DNA of 64,000 nt, taken from NCBI RefSeq assembly GCF_964355755.1, contig NC_092673.1:23805648-23869647 (forward strand). The letters are read 5' to 3'. Of this stretch, positions 1 through 12,588 are shown one piece after another (within the stretch, counting starts at the first letter, position 1; the number at the start of each line of letters is the position of its first letter). The translations under genes were made by a program, and so were the position numbers. The notes below the pieces were generated by a model. The model was not told where the DNA came from, made no database searches, and saw only the letters and a program-made list of their open reading frames with translations. This DNA is from Antedon mediterranea. Taxonomy: Eukaryota > Animalia > Echinodermata.

Positions 1-2
1 TC

Positions 3-584
3 AATGATCGTACAGAATGGCATTTAGATAAAGACATATTTTCACGTATTGTAAACATATTTGGTTGCCCGACAATTGATCTGTTTGCCTCACGTCTGAA
101 CACCCAATTGTCTCAATTTGTTTCTTGGCGACCTGATCCACAAGCTACGTATGTAGATGCGTTTACATTAGAGTGGCAACCTTACTATTTTTATGCCTTT
201 CCTCCTTTCAGTTTGATAGGAAGATGTCTACAGAAGATAGCATTAGACAAGGCGACAGGCATAATGATAGCTCCAGTGTGGCCAACACAACCATGGTTCA
301 GCCAGATGCTACGGATGTTAATTGCTCATCCCTTAATGTTACCAATGACAGATGGAACCCTGATAATGCCTTCATTGAATCAGCTACATCCACTTCGCAA
401 GAAGTTGAAATTAATTGCATGCCTGGTGTCCAGGAATTCCTTGAAAGACAAGTTTCAAGACAGGCAGCCGATATTATCATGGCATCATGGCGTCCAAGCA
501 CCAGAAACCAGTACGCAGTCTATATTAACAGATGGTTCCAGTTTTGTAGTCGATCACAAACGGATCCAGTTTCACCACGTATAA
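3..584 (+). mobile_element. DIRS-type retrotransposon pol C-terminus (end of RNase H plus the DAM-like methyltransferase domain), 5'-truncated by the window edge
   Basis: Frame is open from base 3: EWHLD..IF..IDLFASRLNTQL..FVSWRPDP..DAF..W..YAFPPFSLI..L.KI..APVWPTQPW, the typical DIRS MT domain. It overlaps the downstream YR frame, as in DIRS. Confidence 0.9.
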
Positions 585-1362
585 ACAAGGTTCTGGACTA
601 AGCTACAGTTGTCTTAACACAGCTAGATCAGCGCTTTCAGCACTATGCTCGTCGACCCATCAACATTCTATCGGTTCACACCCTCTCGTGGTTAGATTTT
701 GTAAGGGTGTATTTAACTTACGACCTACAGTCCCAAGGTATTCACGAACGTGGGACGTACGTTCAGTCTTACAATATTTACGTTTATGTACTCCTATTAG
801 AGAACTGAGTTTAAAGGACCTAACTATGAAATGTGTCATGCTTTTGTCATTAGTCTTGGCAGCTCGTTGCCAGTCCCTCCATCTTCTCAATCTCAGTGAG
901 ATGAGAAAGGAGGACGATTGCTTTGTATTTGTTACCTCGAGGTTACTAAAGCAAAGCCGCCCAGGCTATTCTAACCCACAAGTAGTATTAAGCCGTTACA
1001 CAGTTGATGAAGAGTTATGTATTTACAATACATTAGAAGAATACATATCTCGTACGGAGAGTATTCGTGGTAATACTTCTCAATTGTTCATTAGTTTTAT
1101 TAAACCGTTCAAAGCTGTTTCAAAGTCCACGATAAGCCGATGGATTCGGGTTGTCATGGAAAAGGCAGGCATTGATGTTACCGTTTTTAAACCACATAGT
1201 GTCAGGGCAGCCGCTTCGTCCAAAGCTAAGCAGAATGGTGTTCCAATGGATACAATTCTAGCAACAGCCGGGTGGTCTTCGGAAAGTACATTTGCTAGGT
1301 TTTACGATAAGACCATTAATGAAGACCATGATGTTTTTTCCGTTAATGTTTTGAAGCTGTAG
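430..1362 (+). mobile_element. DIRS tyrosine recombinase (YR), broken by a short deletion/frameshift near 600
   Basis: N-terminal part AADIIMASWRPSTRNQY..W..FC lies in ORF 173-601 and resumes as GLSYSCLNTARSALS..HPLVVRFCKG. Catalytic motifs AAR, HSVR, AGW and FY are in ORF 688-1362. Confidence 0.9.
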
Positions 1363-1670
1363 GTCAACTTATTAATTAAAGTTACATAGTTGTTTCAAAA
1401 CAGTTTTGTGTTTACTTATCACGTCGTTGCTACCATCTCATGTGATCCCTTTCGTGTAAGATGACTACATAGAATCCCCATCAAACTTCAACTTCCAGGT
1501 AAGTCTCGTTTAATTATAGGATTTTTCTTTACAGGAAGATGGAAATAGTGGAGATGAAGATATTAATGATGACAATCACATTGATCTATTAAATCTGTTC
1601 TCTAAAGATGAACTTTTAAATGACAACATTTTCTATGGCGTTAACACAACCAAAGCTGAAGTAATGTTAA

Positions 1671-2925
1671 AGGCCAGGTGCGGGCAAAAAATTTCTATTG
1701 ATCATACATTCCAATAATTATCGATCTATAGTTTCCCCTATGTTTCATAATTTTTGGGATTTTATTTGTGTTACACAAGCTTTTTTAAAATAAGCACTTT
1801 CTTATCAGTGGGGGGATAGTTCAAATTACACAGTAAAATCTCTATTCTTTTGTACACAAATTTTGTAAATAGAGAGGAATTTAAAAAAGCTATGAAAAAT
1901 AAACGGTGTGGTAAAAAATGTTATCAGATGACTAAATATAGGTAATATAACTTGAATATTACATTTCTGATATTTTTATTCAACTTCAGATTTTTATTTT
2001 CATGCTATAGAAAAAATTATCCACCGTATATCCACCATCTTTTTTCACCATCTAGGGAGTCACCCGACATGTTATTACATTACGTTAACTACCTACTACT
2101 GAAAAAAACTCTTCCTGGTTTTTATGGAAGAATTTTTACAAATTTTGTATTTGATCATATTAAGGGAAATTTTCGTCTCGATTTCTGTTACAAATATTTG
2201 ATTTATGTACCGTACTGACGTATAAGCCCATACTCGGGTATAAGCCCACCCCCGACTTTTGACTAATTTTCATGAAAAATGAGCCACTCGGGTATAAGCC
2301 CACCCATTAATTCGAAGATCAACACTGTGTGCCGTAGTACATTATTTTGTTTTTGGTGACGTCCATACACCGAATACACCTACCTTTGATCACAACCAAG
2401 CTAAGCTAATATACGCTAGGCCATATGAGGCCGAGCGGTCCGGTTTTGTTTACACTCCATCGCGGTCGAAGATCGCTTCACACGCGCGACGCTACAAGTC
2501 GCCAAAACGGAAAACCACTATTTGGTATCGGCTGCCATAAACCAGCTTATTAAATTTCTTTGGTACATTGTATACTTGCTTTTCTGCTTGATAAATTCTT
2601 GTTCAATTGATGTTTAAAATAAGATATTCTACGATAAATTACACGAACTAGGCCTATAAATAAGCTTAATTTTCCGACACTCTCCACACCTCGTGTATTT
2701 AGAAAAGGCAACGTCGTAACACCTCGTGAGGGCGCTCGCTCGCATGGTGGAATACACAGTGTACATGTGCTGTTTTTGACGATCTGCATTTTTGGATCCT
2801 CGGGTAATAAGCCCACCCCCCAAACTTGACGTGATTTCATGTTCAAGGGGGGTGGGCTTATACCCGCGTCAGTACGGTACATTTAACCAAATATTATATT
2901 TAAAATTCATGCCTGTACCTGAGCT
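1671..2925. mobile_element. Non-autonomous TTAA-specific DNA transposon (Kolobok-like)
   Basis: TTAA on both sides (1667-1670, 2926-2929). Imperfect 16-bp TIR aggccaggtgcgggca / tgcctgtacctgagct with AG...CT termini. Confidence 0.7.
2210..2877. mobile_element. Tc1/mariner-pogo-like MITE nested in the Kolobok-like element
   Basis: TA flanks, TIR ccgtactgacg / cgtcagtacgg, and a repeated subterminal motif cgggtataagcccaccc in both orientations. Confidence 0.8.
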
Positions 2926-3127
2926 TTAATGATTATGAAATTTAGTTTAAGGCCTTGTTTATCATCTGTTGGGTTGGTTGATCTCTTGAAGCTCATTAAC
3001 AACATTTTTAAAAGTAACTATGAGCAAGAAAGGAACAATGAAGTACCATGTCCTTCTTGTGGTAGGCAGCGTAAAATTAAATCAGATGGAAACTGAAAAA
3101 AAAAAAAAAAAAGTCCTGGATTTGATG

Positions 3128-4132
3128 AAAAGCTTGTATATATGCGGACTTTACATTTTCTAAACAAGTGTAATATTTTTTCAAACATTCAATTTGGATT
3201 TAGAGAAAAACACACTACGTCACATGCCATTTTACACTTCGTTGACATGATTACATCAGCCTTAGATAATCAAATGCATACAAATTACAATTGGTATTTT
3301 CCTTGATTACTCCAAAGCTTTCGATACTGTTAATCATGAAATCTTACTGCATAAATTATCGAACTATGGAATTAGAGGGGTGGCTCAAAAATGGTTTAGA
3401 AGTTACCTTTCTGATAGGCAACAATTTGTATCATTAAATAATGTTGAATCAAGCTGCAGACCTGTTACATGTTACAGGGTTCGATTCTGGGCCCACTTCT
3501 TCATAATTTATGCAAATGTCTAATGTCATGTCGTCAATACTGTTTGCGGATGATTCAAGTCTGTTTTATTCACATGATGATCCAGATAGTCTCTGTGACA
3601 TCGTTAATCAAGAACTAAAAAAGGTTACTACTTGGATACATGCAAACAAGCTATCACTAAATATGCTAAAAACCAATTTTATGTTGTTTAATAACAAATA
3701 TAGTATGTCACCAAAAGATATTATTTTCCAAAAATGTTGGCATGATGTATAAATTGAAATCAATATTTCCTCAAAAAGTATTAAATATTTTATATTCTAC
3801 TCTTAATTTTTTTTTTTTTTTTTTAATTTTATTTCCCCAAGCAAGAACACCATAATTTATTACTAAAATTTTATTAACGAGCTGTCAGAATTATCTCAGG
3901 GGTAACTTTTCGTGCTCACACCTGCCATTTACTCGAAATAGACTTAAAATGAATACCCTTGTATACCTAAACTCTGGAATTCTCTTCCTTTATCTCTTAA
4001 AAAATCTCATAACTGTGCTTTATTTAAACGTCAATTTAAACTATTATTGGTTGAAGGTCTTTGTAAATTCTTTTAGTCTCCTCCACTTTATATTTATATA
4101 TTTGTAAAGTGAAATAAATAAATGAAATGAAA
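3128..4132 (+). mobile_element. L2/CR1-clade LINE reverse transcriptase fragment with 3' tail
   Basis: QFGFREKHTTSHA, IFLDYSKAFDTVNH, QGSILGPL, LFADDS, NKLSLN; ends in an aaataaataaatgaaatgaaa-type tail. Multiple frameshifts. Confidence 0.85.
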
Positions 4133-4344
4133 ATTTAAAGGATTTATTTATTTGTTTTTATGTACTTTTAAATCCTAATTTTAAAGTGTGGTATTCAGGA
4201 TAGAGTTAGTCAACAAATTTGGAGTCAAAATACAAGAAAGGCAGGTGCGTAAGAAAAACATCCTCTGAACCAACACAATGGAGTAAAATTATGTATGGAT
4301 AAACAAGTATTGTTTTTAAGCTGTAATATATCTTAGAATTTGTA

Positions 4345-4428
4345 ATCTTAGGTCTTGGGTCTTAGCTTTCGTGATCTTAGGTCTTAGGGGGTCTTAGCTT
4401 TCGTGATCTTAGGTTTCGTGACACCCCC
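4345..4428. repeat. Short tandem subterminal repeats (tcttagg/ctttcgtgatcttagg), probably a DNA transposon end
   Basis: Repeated tcttaggtct/tcttagctttcgtga units ending in gacacccc; no partner end found. Confidence 0.4.
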
Positions 4429-4634
4429 TATGCTAGGCCTAGGCTAGCCTACGTAGCCTAGTAGGGGTCTAATCGAGTCAAATGCAGTTTTAATGATGCA
4501 CTCTGTTCGTTTGAAAAAATGTGTCGACACAAACAATCAATTGCTTGCTTGCGAGTATTATATAAGGTATGGTTTAAAAATCTTTGGCTATGTTCGGCTT
4601 CGGGATGTTATACCACACTTAGGCCTAGCATACT

Positions 4635-5332
4635 CACTGTACGAGCAATCCACATCGAAGTTTCAAACTCACTTGACACGGAGTCATTCATGAATGCTAT
4701 GAGAAGATTCATAGCACGACAAGGACAGCCAGAAGAGATTCGATCAGATAATGGAGGAAACTTCAAAAAGGGAGAGAAGGAACTGAATAAAGCAATTAAA
4801 GAGTGGAATCAAGGACAAATCCATGAATTCTTGTTGCAACGAAATGTGAAATGGTTATTCAATCCACCAATGGGATCTCATCATGGAGGAGTGTGGGAGC
4901 GCTGTATTTGGACAGTGAGGAAAGTCATGATGGCTGTGCTGAAACAACAAGTGCTTGATGATGAAGGCCTAAACACTTTAATGTGTGAAGCAGAGGCTAT
5001 TGTTAATGGTCGGATGACCCTCGTGACATGAATCATTTACTGCTGTTGCGAGGAGGGAACAGCTTACCTCCTGGTAATTTCTCAAAGGAGGATGTATCTT
5101 CGACGATGGAAACAAGTACAGTACTTACCGTCACTGCTGTAGTGTCGTACAGTTTATAAATGGGTTATTTAGTAAACACAGGGAAACTTTGCTGTAGACG
5201 ATGTTGTGCTTGTTCTTGACGAAAACACACCACGAAGTTCATGGCCATTGGGAAGTGTACAGCAACAGAAAGGATGGACTTGTACGGTCAGTGAAAGTAA
5301 AGACAAACACATCAACGCTTGTGAGACCAAAT
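4635..5332 (+). mobile_element. BEL/Pao LTR retrotransposon integrase and C-terminal (DUF5641-like) relic
   Basis: RAIHIEV..LDTESFMNAMRRFIARQG.P..IRSDNGGNF..WLFNPP..SHHGGVWER..EAEAIVNGR, then NHLLL, DENTPRSSWPLG and DGLVRSVKVKT. Confidence 0.92.
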
Positions 5333-5704
5333 TTTGGAATTTATCTTTTCCTTATAAATTTTAACAAAGTTAGGTTTTAGTTTCCTCCTAGTAAGGTCAG
5401 ATTGCCATAGTAACGGGCGGATTTTCTCAAAATTGTTCTTTGGGATAGTTCATAGCCTAGATAATTACAAATTACTGTTTGATGATTATTAATAAATAGC
5501 GTACTGTGCTAAATTGTCAGCTACCTAGCCTACAGTATCGATCCAGGCCTGCCCTAGGCCTAGTGACTCAATTATGTAAATAGCCTACTTGGTCTGCGAG
5601 TTGCTTTATTTGCATATTGGTCTAAAGCTGGCCAGTTCTTTATAATAACGGGGTATACAACGACACGGGGACATGAATGTGGAGAATACACTTGACTGGA
5701 ACGT

Positions 5705-6760
5705 TTGAATAAAATCTGCTTCCCCGTTTATTTTAAAACCTTTATTGCATATCATTAATACGTCATTATCATCGGGCTGTGTCCCGGCTGATATAAAAAT
5801 TGCTAAAGTTATCCCGGTATTTAAGAATGGTGACATCTCCGATATAAATAATTATCGGCCTATTTCCATTTTACCCTTTTTTTCCAAAATATTTGAGAGG
5901 ATTGTGTATGATCAAACGATTTGTTACCTCTCAAAATATAACGTACTGAGTAAAACACAGTATGGATTTAGACAACACCATTCAACTAGTCATGCTTTAA
6001 TACAATCGATTGAAAAAATCACAAATGCTATTGAGAATAAAGAGTTCACACTAGGAGTTTTCCTTGATTTATCAAAAGCGTTCATGATATATTATTAGAT
6101 AAGTTAAGATTTTATGGTATACATACAATGATACAATGAACCAGGAGTTATCTATACTTTCGGACTGGTTTATTGCTAACAAATTAACGCTAAATGTAAA
6201 CAAATCAAAATATGTTATATTTAAGGCTAGAAATAAGTCAGCTGACACTACCTCACTAGAATTGAGGATGGGAAATGAATGTATAGTAAAAGCTACTGAA
6301 GTTAAATTTCTAGGCTTATTTCTAGATGAAACTTTATCGTAAACATAATCTATTACCTGAATCATTTAATAACTTATTTAGTACATCTGCCTCATTCCAT
6401 AATTACTCAACTAGAAACAGGTCAAACTACTGTCCACAACTAAAACGCACCAAAGTCGGACAGCAATGTATTTCCTACCAAGGAACACACATTTGGAACA
6501 ATTTAACAGACTATATAAAACAATCCCCCACTTTAAGTTTGTTTAAACAGAGATTAAAGCAATATTATAACAATAGAAATATTTAAGTTAAGTAAATCAC
6601 ATTATGTTATTTTGGTTTGTTCTTTTTGTTTGTACTAATTGTTTGATCTTTTTGTTAGGGTTACATGCTTAAAGCACTTGTGCTTATTTTGTATCCCATT
6701 CCATTATCTTATTATTTGTATTGTATTTGTATATGTTTTTATTTTGATTATGGAATAAAA
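5705..6760 (+). mobile_element. L2/CR1-clade LINE RT fragment with internal deletions and 3' UTR
   Basis: HIINTSL..K.AKVIPVFK.GD..NYRPISILP..KIFERI, QYGFR, FLDLSKAF, WFIANKLTLNVNKS, KFLGLFLDETL; C-terminal HNYSTR..G..IWN.L. Confidence 0.88.
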
Positions 6761-6854
6761 ATGTCGATGAATACCTCCATGCCCCTATTGATAAATAGAT
6801 AAATAAATAAATTTCGCTCAACCAGAAGGTTTCGAAGAGATATCCGAAAACAGC

Positions 6855-7195
6855 AATCAACTAAAACTAAAAATGAAGGATTTAGGGAAAATCTCCTTTT
6901 TCCTGGGAATTGACTTTGCTCAAGATGAGTCTAATAGTGATATTAAAATGAGCCAAAAATGGTACATTACGAAAATGCTACTGAAACTGATGAGCCTTTA
7001 TCATTGATTGCGTTTAGCGACTCAGATACCGGATATTGCTTCAGTCTAACCAAGGGTGGGGCTGTCATTTCGTGGAATCAAAGAAACAAAATACAGTTGC
7101 ATTACCGACATGGGAGGCAGAGTACATGGGGTTGGGAGCTACTACCCAAGAGGGCTTATATTTACAGCAATTGCTAAAAGGCATGGATAACGATC
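6855..7195 (+). mobile_element. Ty1/copia RT-RNase H relic
   Basis: KMKDLGKISFFLGIDF, AFSDSD, TGYCFSL..GAVISW, then (frameshifted) KQNTVAL.TWEAEYMGL..TTQEGLYLQQLL. Confidence 0.8.
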
Positions 7196-7699
7196 CAAAC
7201 ACATTGATATAAATGTAATGTATGTATCGATATCCTAAGATCCAACAATTTAAAAGCTACCTCTTTGGAAAATAAATTTGCAATTATCAGTTTAGTCAAC
7301 AGTTACCCAACATTGTATTGGATATAATATTTATGATAATTAATACAGCTCTGTAACTGCCACCAAATCATAAAGAAAGCTGGGTTAAGAAAGGTTCAAG
7401 CTTAAGTCAACCCATCAACATCAGCCAACAAGAACAGTATCGTTTATCTTTGTGCAACCAACCTCATTGGTTGTCTCAATGCCGAGAATTCAACTTTTTT
7501 TCAACAACTACAATTGAGACACTTCTAGAAGAACAGTTCAGATGATTCTGTAATCTTGAGTTCAATGACGTGCCACGTACCTGTGGTGGGAAGCAGGAAG
7601 ACTGAATGAACCACCACAAGAATATCAAATGTTAGTACACCTGTTGTTTGGTGGGAAGTCCTCTCCCAGTTGCTCAAATTTTGCACTCCGTACAGTTGC

Positions 7700-8110
7700 C
7701 AAGGACCCACGCCAATGACTTCGACACAGAAGTGATGAGCACAGATTTAAGGCAATCATCCACGTAAAAGTTGTGATTGATAACGAAGAAACAGCAATCC
7801 AACTCGCCTCGGGATTGAAAACCTTATTATCTCATGGAGGTTTTAATCTGACAAAGTCGATTTCAAATTCAAATCGACTAGTATCTGCATTAACAGACGA
7901 AGAGCGAAGTATTTCCACTTCATTGTGTGGAGGCGATCAGCAAAGAGCTCTTGGAGTTCATTGGTTTGTCGGACAAGAGGGATTCTGTCAGTCGTTGTGT
8001 CCGTTTATGTAACTGCTAAATCAAGACTATTAAGACACAAACAATACCTCGCTTGAAATTGCAAGCAGCTGTCTTGGCAAGTAGTCTACAAGAAATCAAA
8101 ATTGACCAAA
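7700..8110 (+). mobile_element. BEL/Pao RT / RNase H relic
   Basis: EETAIQLASGLKTLLSHGGFNLTK.ISNS, QRALGVHW, then FM.AKSRL..TIPRLKLQAAVLA. Confidence 0.75.
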
Positions 8111-8242
8111 CAATTTCACCTCAGTGAAAGCTAGGACAAATTGTACCACTGGACAGCAACACTTGTTAATAGTAACTTCCATTAGAGCAATCATAAATTC
8201 CACAAATATACCAACTCAGTGAACAGTTAATAGATTATCATA

Positions 8243-8949
8243 GGGTATGTTCAGACTCACGGAGTTACGGTGGAGTTATGTACGCGGCGTACATATTTTT
8301 GTGTCTGAACCATGCCGCGGATTAGCGTTAGGGAGCTGTTACTCCGCGCCAGTGCCGTTAATAACTCCAGCGGGAGAGGGTCAACGTCAGCCAATGAAAA
8401 GACACGACCGCAATTAGCAGCAGTCTATTCGCGAGGTTTTTTTTAATAGCAAAACAATATAGCCTGTTCCTCGAGCTAGTAGATCAACAGCAACATTCGA
8501 ATTAAAATGAAACGTGTTACATGGAAAAGTACAGAAGTGGCTGATTTGATTTCATTATGGGGCAGCCCTGAATTTATAGACAAGATAAAAATTAGAAATT
8601 GGAAAGCTAGCGCCGGCAACAAGATGGCTGTTTTTAAAGAAATTGCATCTAAACTGCAAAATTCTTCCTGACGAAGTTGGCGTCGGCGACATGATTTCAC
8701 AAAATTAATTAAAATCATGCAAATAATGGCAAAGTCATTGTCCGTGTAATAATTATGTTCGAAATGACTATCTTCTGTAAGGATTTGCAAAAAAATCGGC
8801 AAAAAAACCATTACATTTGAAGGTAACATTGTATTATATTGCTAGGCCTAGCTAGTGTTGTGTCTGAACACCTTGACTTTTAACGCCACGGATTACCGTA
8901 CGCCTTGCGTAGATAACTCCACCGTAACTCCGTGAGTCTGAACATACCC
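8243..8949 (+). mobile_element. Non-autonomous PIF/Harbinger element carrying a truncated Myb/SANT ORF
   Basis: Perfect 37-bp TIR gggtatgttcagactcacggagttacggtggagttat with a 3-bp ATA duplication. Internal MKRVTWKSTEVADLISLWG..NKMAVFKEIASKL starts at 8507. Confidence 0.85.
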
Positions 8950-9749
8950 ATATTCTCTCCAGTCTTTGGACAAGCAACAAAGCAATAAAGCTCATATATT
9001 CAACAATATAAGTGTATTACTTCTTTTAATGTAAAACAACTGTCAATGTATATCAGAAAATATTACATGGTGGCAGCGGTGGGATATAATAATAACACTT
9101 TTGTGCTAGTACACAAAACACAAAAAATGAAAAAAAAATATTCTAAATTTAAACTGGCCATATCAAAGTAATATTAAAGTTATTCACTTCGAGCCAAAAA
9201 CAACAAGTTTACGTAATTAACAGGTAAATTAATTAGATTACATTTCGTCTGGGAAATCGTTGCAAGCGAAAGTAAACAAAGATTTCAAACCATTAGTATG
9301 CATTATGCATGATGCTAATTAGGATTGTTTACAACTCGTCACGGTTGAGAAGGTGTTTTCACACAGATCGCGAGGAAGTTTTATCAGAGTAGCCAAACAA
9401 GCGCGTTGCATTATGAGATATGTTTTGATTGAAAACTTTGGCTGCAAGTCAAAGTTCATTTTTTAAACAAAAAAACATCTGTATTTCGGTTAAATTATTT
9501 TTTTTTTTGGTGAAAGTTTTATTTTGTAAAAAAGTGGGTCATTTTGAACACTAAACTTACCGCGATGCACATATTCCTTGTTATGGAATATAACCGATAA
9601 AATGCAAGCATCCAACCAATTGTATTTACATAGAGGAAACATTTTACATTGTGGATTGCCGACAATGCAGAAACTAGAATTAATAATATTCAATTGCAGT
9701 ATCACAACAACAACAAGTCCAATAATAGACACTGCAGACCTACAAAACA

Positions 9750-10290
9750 GGTATCCTGACAGATTTGACGGTATGGAAGATTTTGCGAAACCATACCACA
9801 TACGGACAAAAACGTCACACCCATTGTGCACGCTTGCAGAAAAACAACGATTAAACTTGCAGGACAGATCAACGCCGCATTTGATGACATGGAAGCAAAA
9901 GGTGTTCAATACCCAATCAAACCAGACAGGTCAGTGTGAATCTGTCTTGACCCTAAACTAACTAAACAAACTAAATGGAACAAAATACTTCTCTAAATTG
10001 ATGCCAAGAACGGCTACTGGTCCATACACCTCGACAATGCTTCAAAAACTCTCCGAAAGGCCGATACTGTTTTAAACGCCTTCCTTTTGGTTTAAATGTG
10101 TCACAAGATGTTTTCCAACAGAGAATGGACATGATATTAGAAAAATGTCCAGGAACAATTGGGATAGCCGATGACGAAGCAATATTCGGCAAAACTGAAG
10201 CCGAGCATGACGCCAACCTCCACAACCTGATGGAAATTGCAAGAGAGTCAGGATTAATGTTCATCTCTGAAAAAAGTAATTTCAAAACAC
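9750..10290 (+). mobile_element. Ty3/gypsy reverse transcriptase relic
   Basis: FSKLDAKNGYWSIHLD, GRYCFKRLPFGLNVSQDVFQQRMD..GIADD..FGKTEAEHDANL. Confidence 0.88.
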
Positions 10291-10314
10291 CCAACCTAAG
10301 AACCACTAATTCCT

Positions 10315-10450
10315 ATGGAAGTACCATGTCCTTCTTGTGTTGGCAGCGTAAAATTAAATCAGATGGAAACTTCTTTTTAACATCAGAATTGAAACCTCAA
10401 ATTCAGGCTTTGTTTCAGATGCCTGGCATTTCAGAAAACAAGATAACATG
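10315..10450 (+). mobile_element. Second fragment of the CACTA-like transposase seen at about 3040
   Basis: Near-identical 55 nt to 3037-3093 (gaagtaccatgtccttcttgtg..aaatcagatggaaact), continuing FFLTSELKPQIQALF. Confidence 0.5.
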
Positions 10451-10779
10451 ATATGCCCATGGCATACTCTCGGAACTGACCTCTTTCATTTTAATTCAGA
10501 AGACTATTACAGCAAAATGCTCTTCAAAGGAAGATGCCCACAAGTGTGACGAGCAGTGCTGTAATTCAAGCAACGAAACAAATGTAAATAACATTAATTC
10601 AACTGTATAATTCCGTAATCATATTCATATTTCATTAGTTCAAATAAAATAATGTTTTTTTTTTTAACATTGCAACAATTTTGTAAGACTGTTTTTTCTT
10701 AATATATTGTGTTTTGCCTTAAAATTATTCAGAAACCCTTATTAAATAAATTTAAAGATGGTCTGCAGATTTCAATTTC

Positions 10780-11103
10780 AGAGTAATTCCGTCACTGTAA
10801 TTCTGTCACAGGACCATGTGTCAAATTATTATTATTAATGTAGTATTGAACATTAATGAAATGTTTAGGGGTAAAAATGAGGTGGTTTTTCTGCGAAATC
10901 CGTCACGATATATGTTTATATATATGATATTATAAAAAAATATGGTTGGTTTTTTATTTTTTTTTGTGTGGAAATAATTAGTAGAATCACTAGCTATTAA
11001 GCTATTAAACTTGTTTTGAAATCTGCCTTAAACTAAAAAAGATACAAGGAATTAAAATGTAAAATTATGGAAAATGTGTAATTCCGTCACCGTGGAATTG
11101 CCC
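10780..11103. mobile_element. Right end of a DNA transposon (repeated aattccgtcac motif, terminus ggaattgccc)
   Basis: Motif taattccgtcac recurs at about 10785, 10800 and 11080 and ends in gtggaattgccc; partner TIR not seen. Confidence 0.4.
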
Positions 11104-11204
11104 ACTAGGCTGATATTTACAAATAAATAGTTGTTAAACAATTGTACAGTATTTAGGCCTAATTTTTGTTTATACTACAATTACATTGAATTGAAAATAC
11201 AATT

Positions 11205-12588
11205 CTAATGAAGAAGATCGACCAGAGCAGGAAGATGATGGACAGAAAGATACTAAAAGTATTACTGTAATATATTTTTCAGAATGTAACTGTGATTAAG
11301 CGTCATAAACGGCCAGCAACCGACACTTGGAACCAGAATATTTGCAAAAGAGGACGTCTAGAAGGAAAAGCCAAAAAAAAAAAGGAAAAGGATTGAGAAA
11401 CCTGAGAAAAAGATGGGCAAAGGATGCGACTCAAACTTCTGTAGGAAATCAAAATTAAGAGATTGCCAATCTTTTGATGAAGAAAAACGTAAATGGATAT
11501 TTCAAAACTTTTTTAAAATGAAATCATGGAATGAACGCCGTTTATATGTTCGGACGTTAGTTTCTAAGGTAATTTCAAATAAATTATATAAAGGAAATTT
11601 AAGAGGGTGAAATTGTGGAGCTGTAAGGAATCTGACTCAAGTCTTGAGAATAGAGACTATTTATTCAATTTTCTTTTCTTTAATACAGGTTGACATAAAG
11701 CAAAAGAAAGTTCCAGTAAATCAGTCAAGAAGTGTTCATTTTCATACAGACTTCAGCTGAATGATGGTACATCTGTCCAGGTTTGCAAGTCGATGTTTGC
11801 ATCCACCCTTGGCCTTTCGCAGAGAACTGTTGTTGATTGGCTAAACAACGCCCAAGACGCACCAAAGGCAGACAATCCGCATAGACCTCGTACAGGTATA
11901 ACGAAAAACAGCATGTAACTTTTACAAAACTCTAACAACAATATATAATGCTATGCAAATAGCATCTCTTCTTGTAAACTGTAGTTTATTTCGTAAAGTC
12001 AGTTGTCACTTGGAACCAGAATATCTGCAAAAGAGGACGTCTAGAAGGAAAAGCCAAAAAAAAACAGGAAAGGGGTTGAAAAACCTGAGAAAAAGATGGG
12101 CAAAGGATGCGACTCAAACTTCTGTAGGAAATAAAAAATTAAGAGATTGCCAATCTTTGGATGAAGAAAAACGTAAATGGATATATGTTCGGACATTAGT
12201 TTCTAAGGTAATTTCAAATCAATTATATAAAGGAAATTTAAGAGGGTGAAATTGTGGAGCTGTAAGGAATCTGACTCCAAGTCTTGAGAATAGAGACTAT
12301 TTATTCAATTTTCTTTTCTTTAATACAGGTTGACATAAAACAAAAAATCAGTCAAGAAGAAAGTGTTCATTTTCATACAGACTTCAGCTGAATGATGGTA
12401 CATCTGTCCAGGTTTGCAAGTCGATGTTTGCATCCACCCTTGGCCTTTCGCAGAGAACTGTTGTTGATTGGCTAAACAACGCCCAAGACGCACCAAAGGC
12501 AGACAATCCGCATAGACCTCGTACAGGTATAACGAAAAACAGCCTGTAACTTTTACAAAACTCAAACAATGTATAATGCTATGCAAAT
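11205..12588 (+). mobile_element. Sola1-like transposase N-terminal relic with an intron, tandemly duplicated (11324-11960 and 12007-12588)
   Basis: C..C..CQSFDEEKRKWIFQNFFKM..W..YVRTLVSK | intron gtaatt..tacag | ..SYRL..VQVCKSMFASTLGLSQRTV. The two copies are near-identical. Confidence 0.65.

Larger units (their letters stand above)
1534..3095 (+). mobile_element. CACTA/EnSpm(Mirage)-like transposase N-terminal relic interrupted at a TTAA by nested insertions
   Basis: Removing 1671-2929 restores the frame TKAEVMLMIMKFSLRPCLSSVGLVDLLKLINNIF..EVPCPSCG. A related segment recurs at 10315-10450. Confidence 0.55.

Noticed and set aside
688-1362. Phage or bacterial integrase / horizontal transfer
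   Set aside because: The overlap with an RNase H-MT frame and the motif pattern identify it as a DIRS retrotransposon YR.
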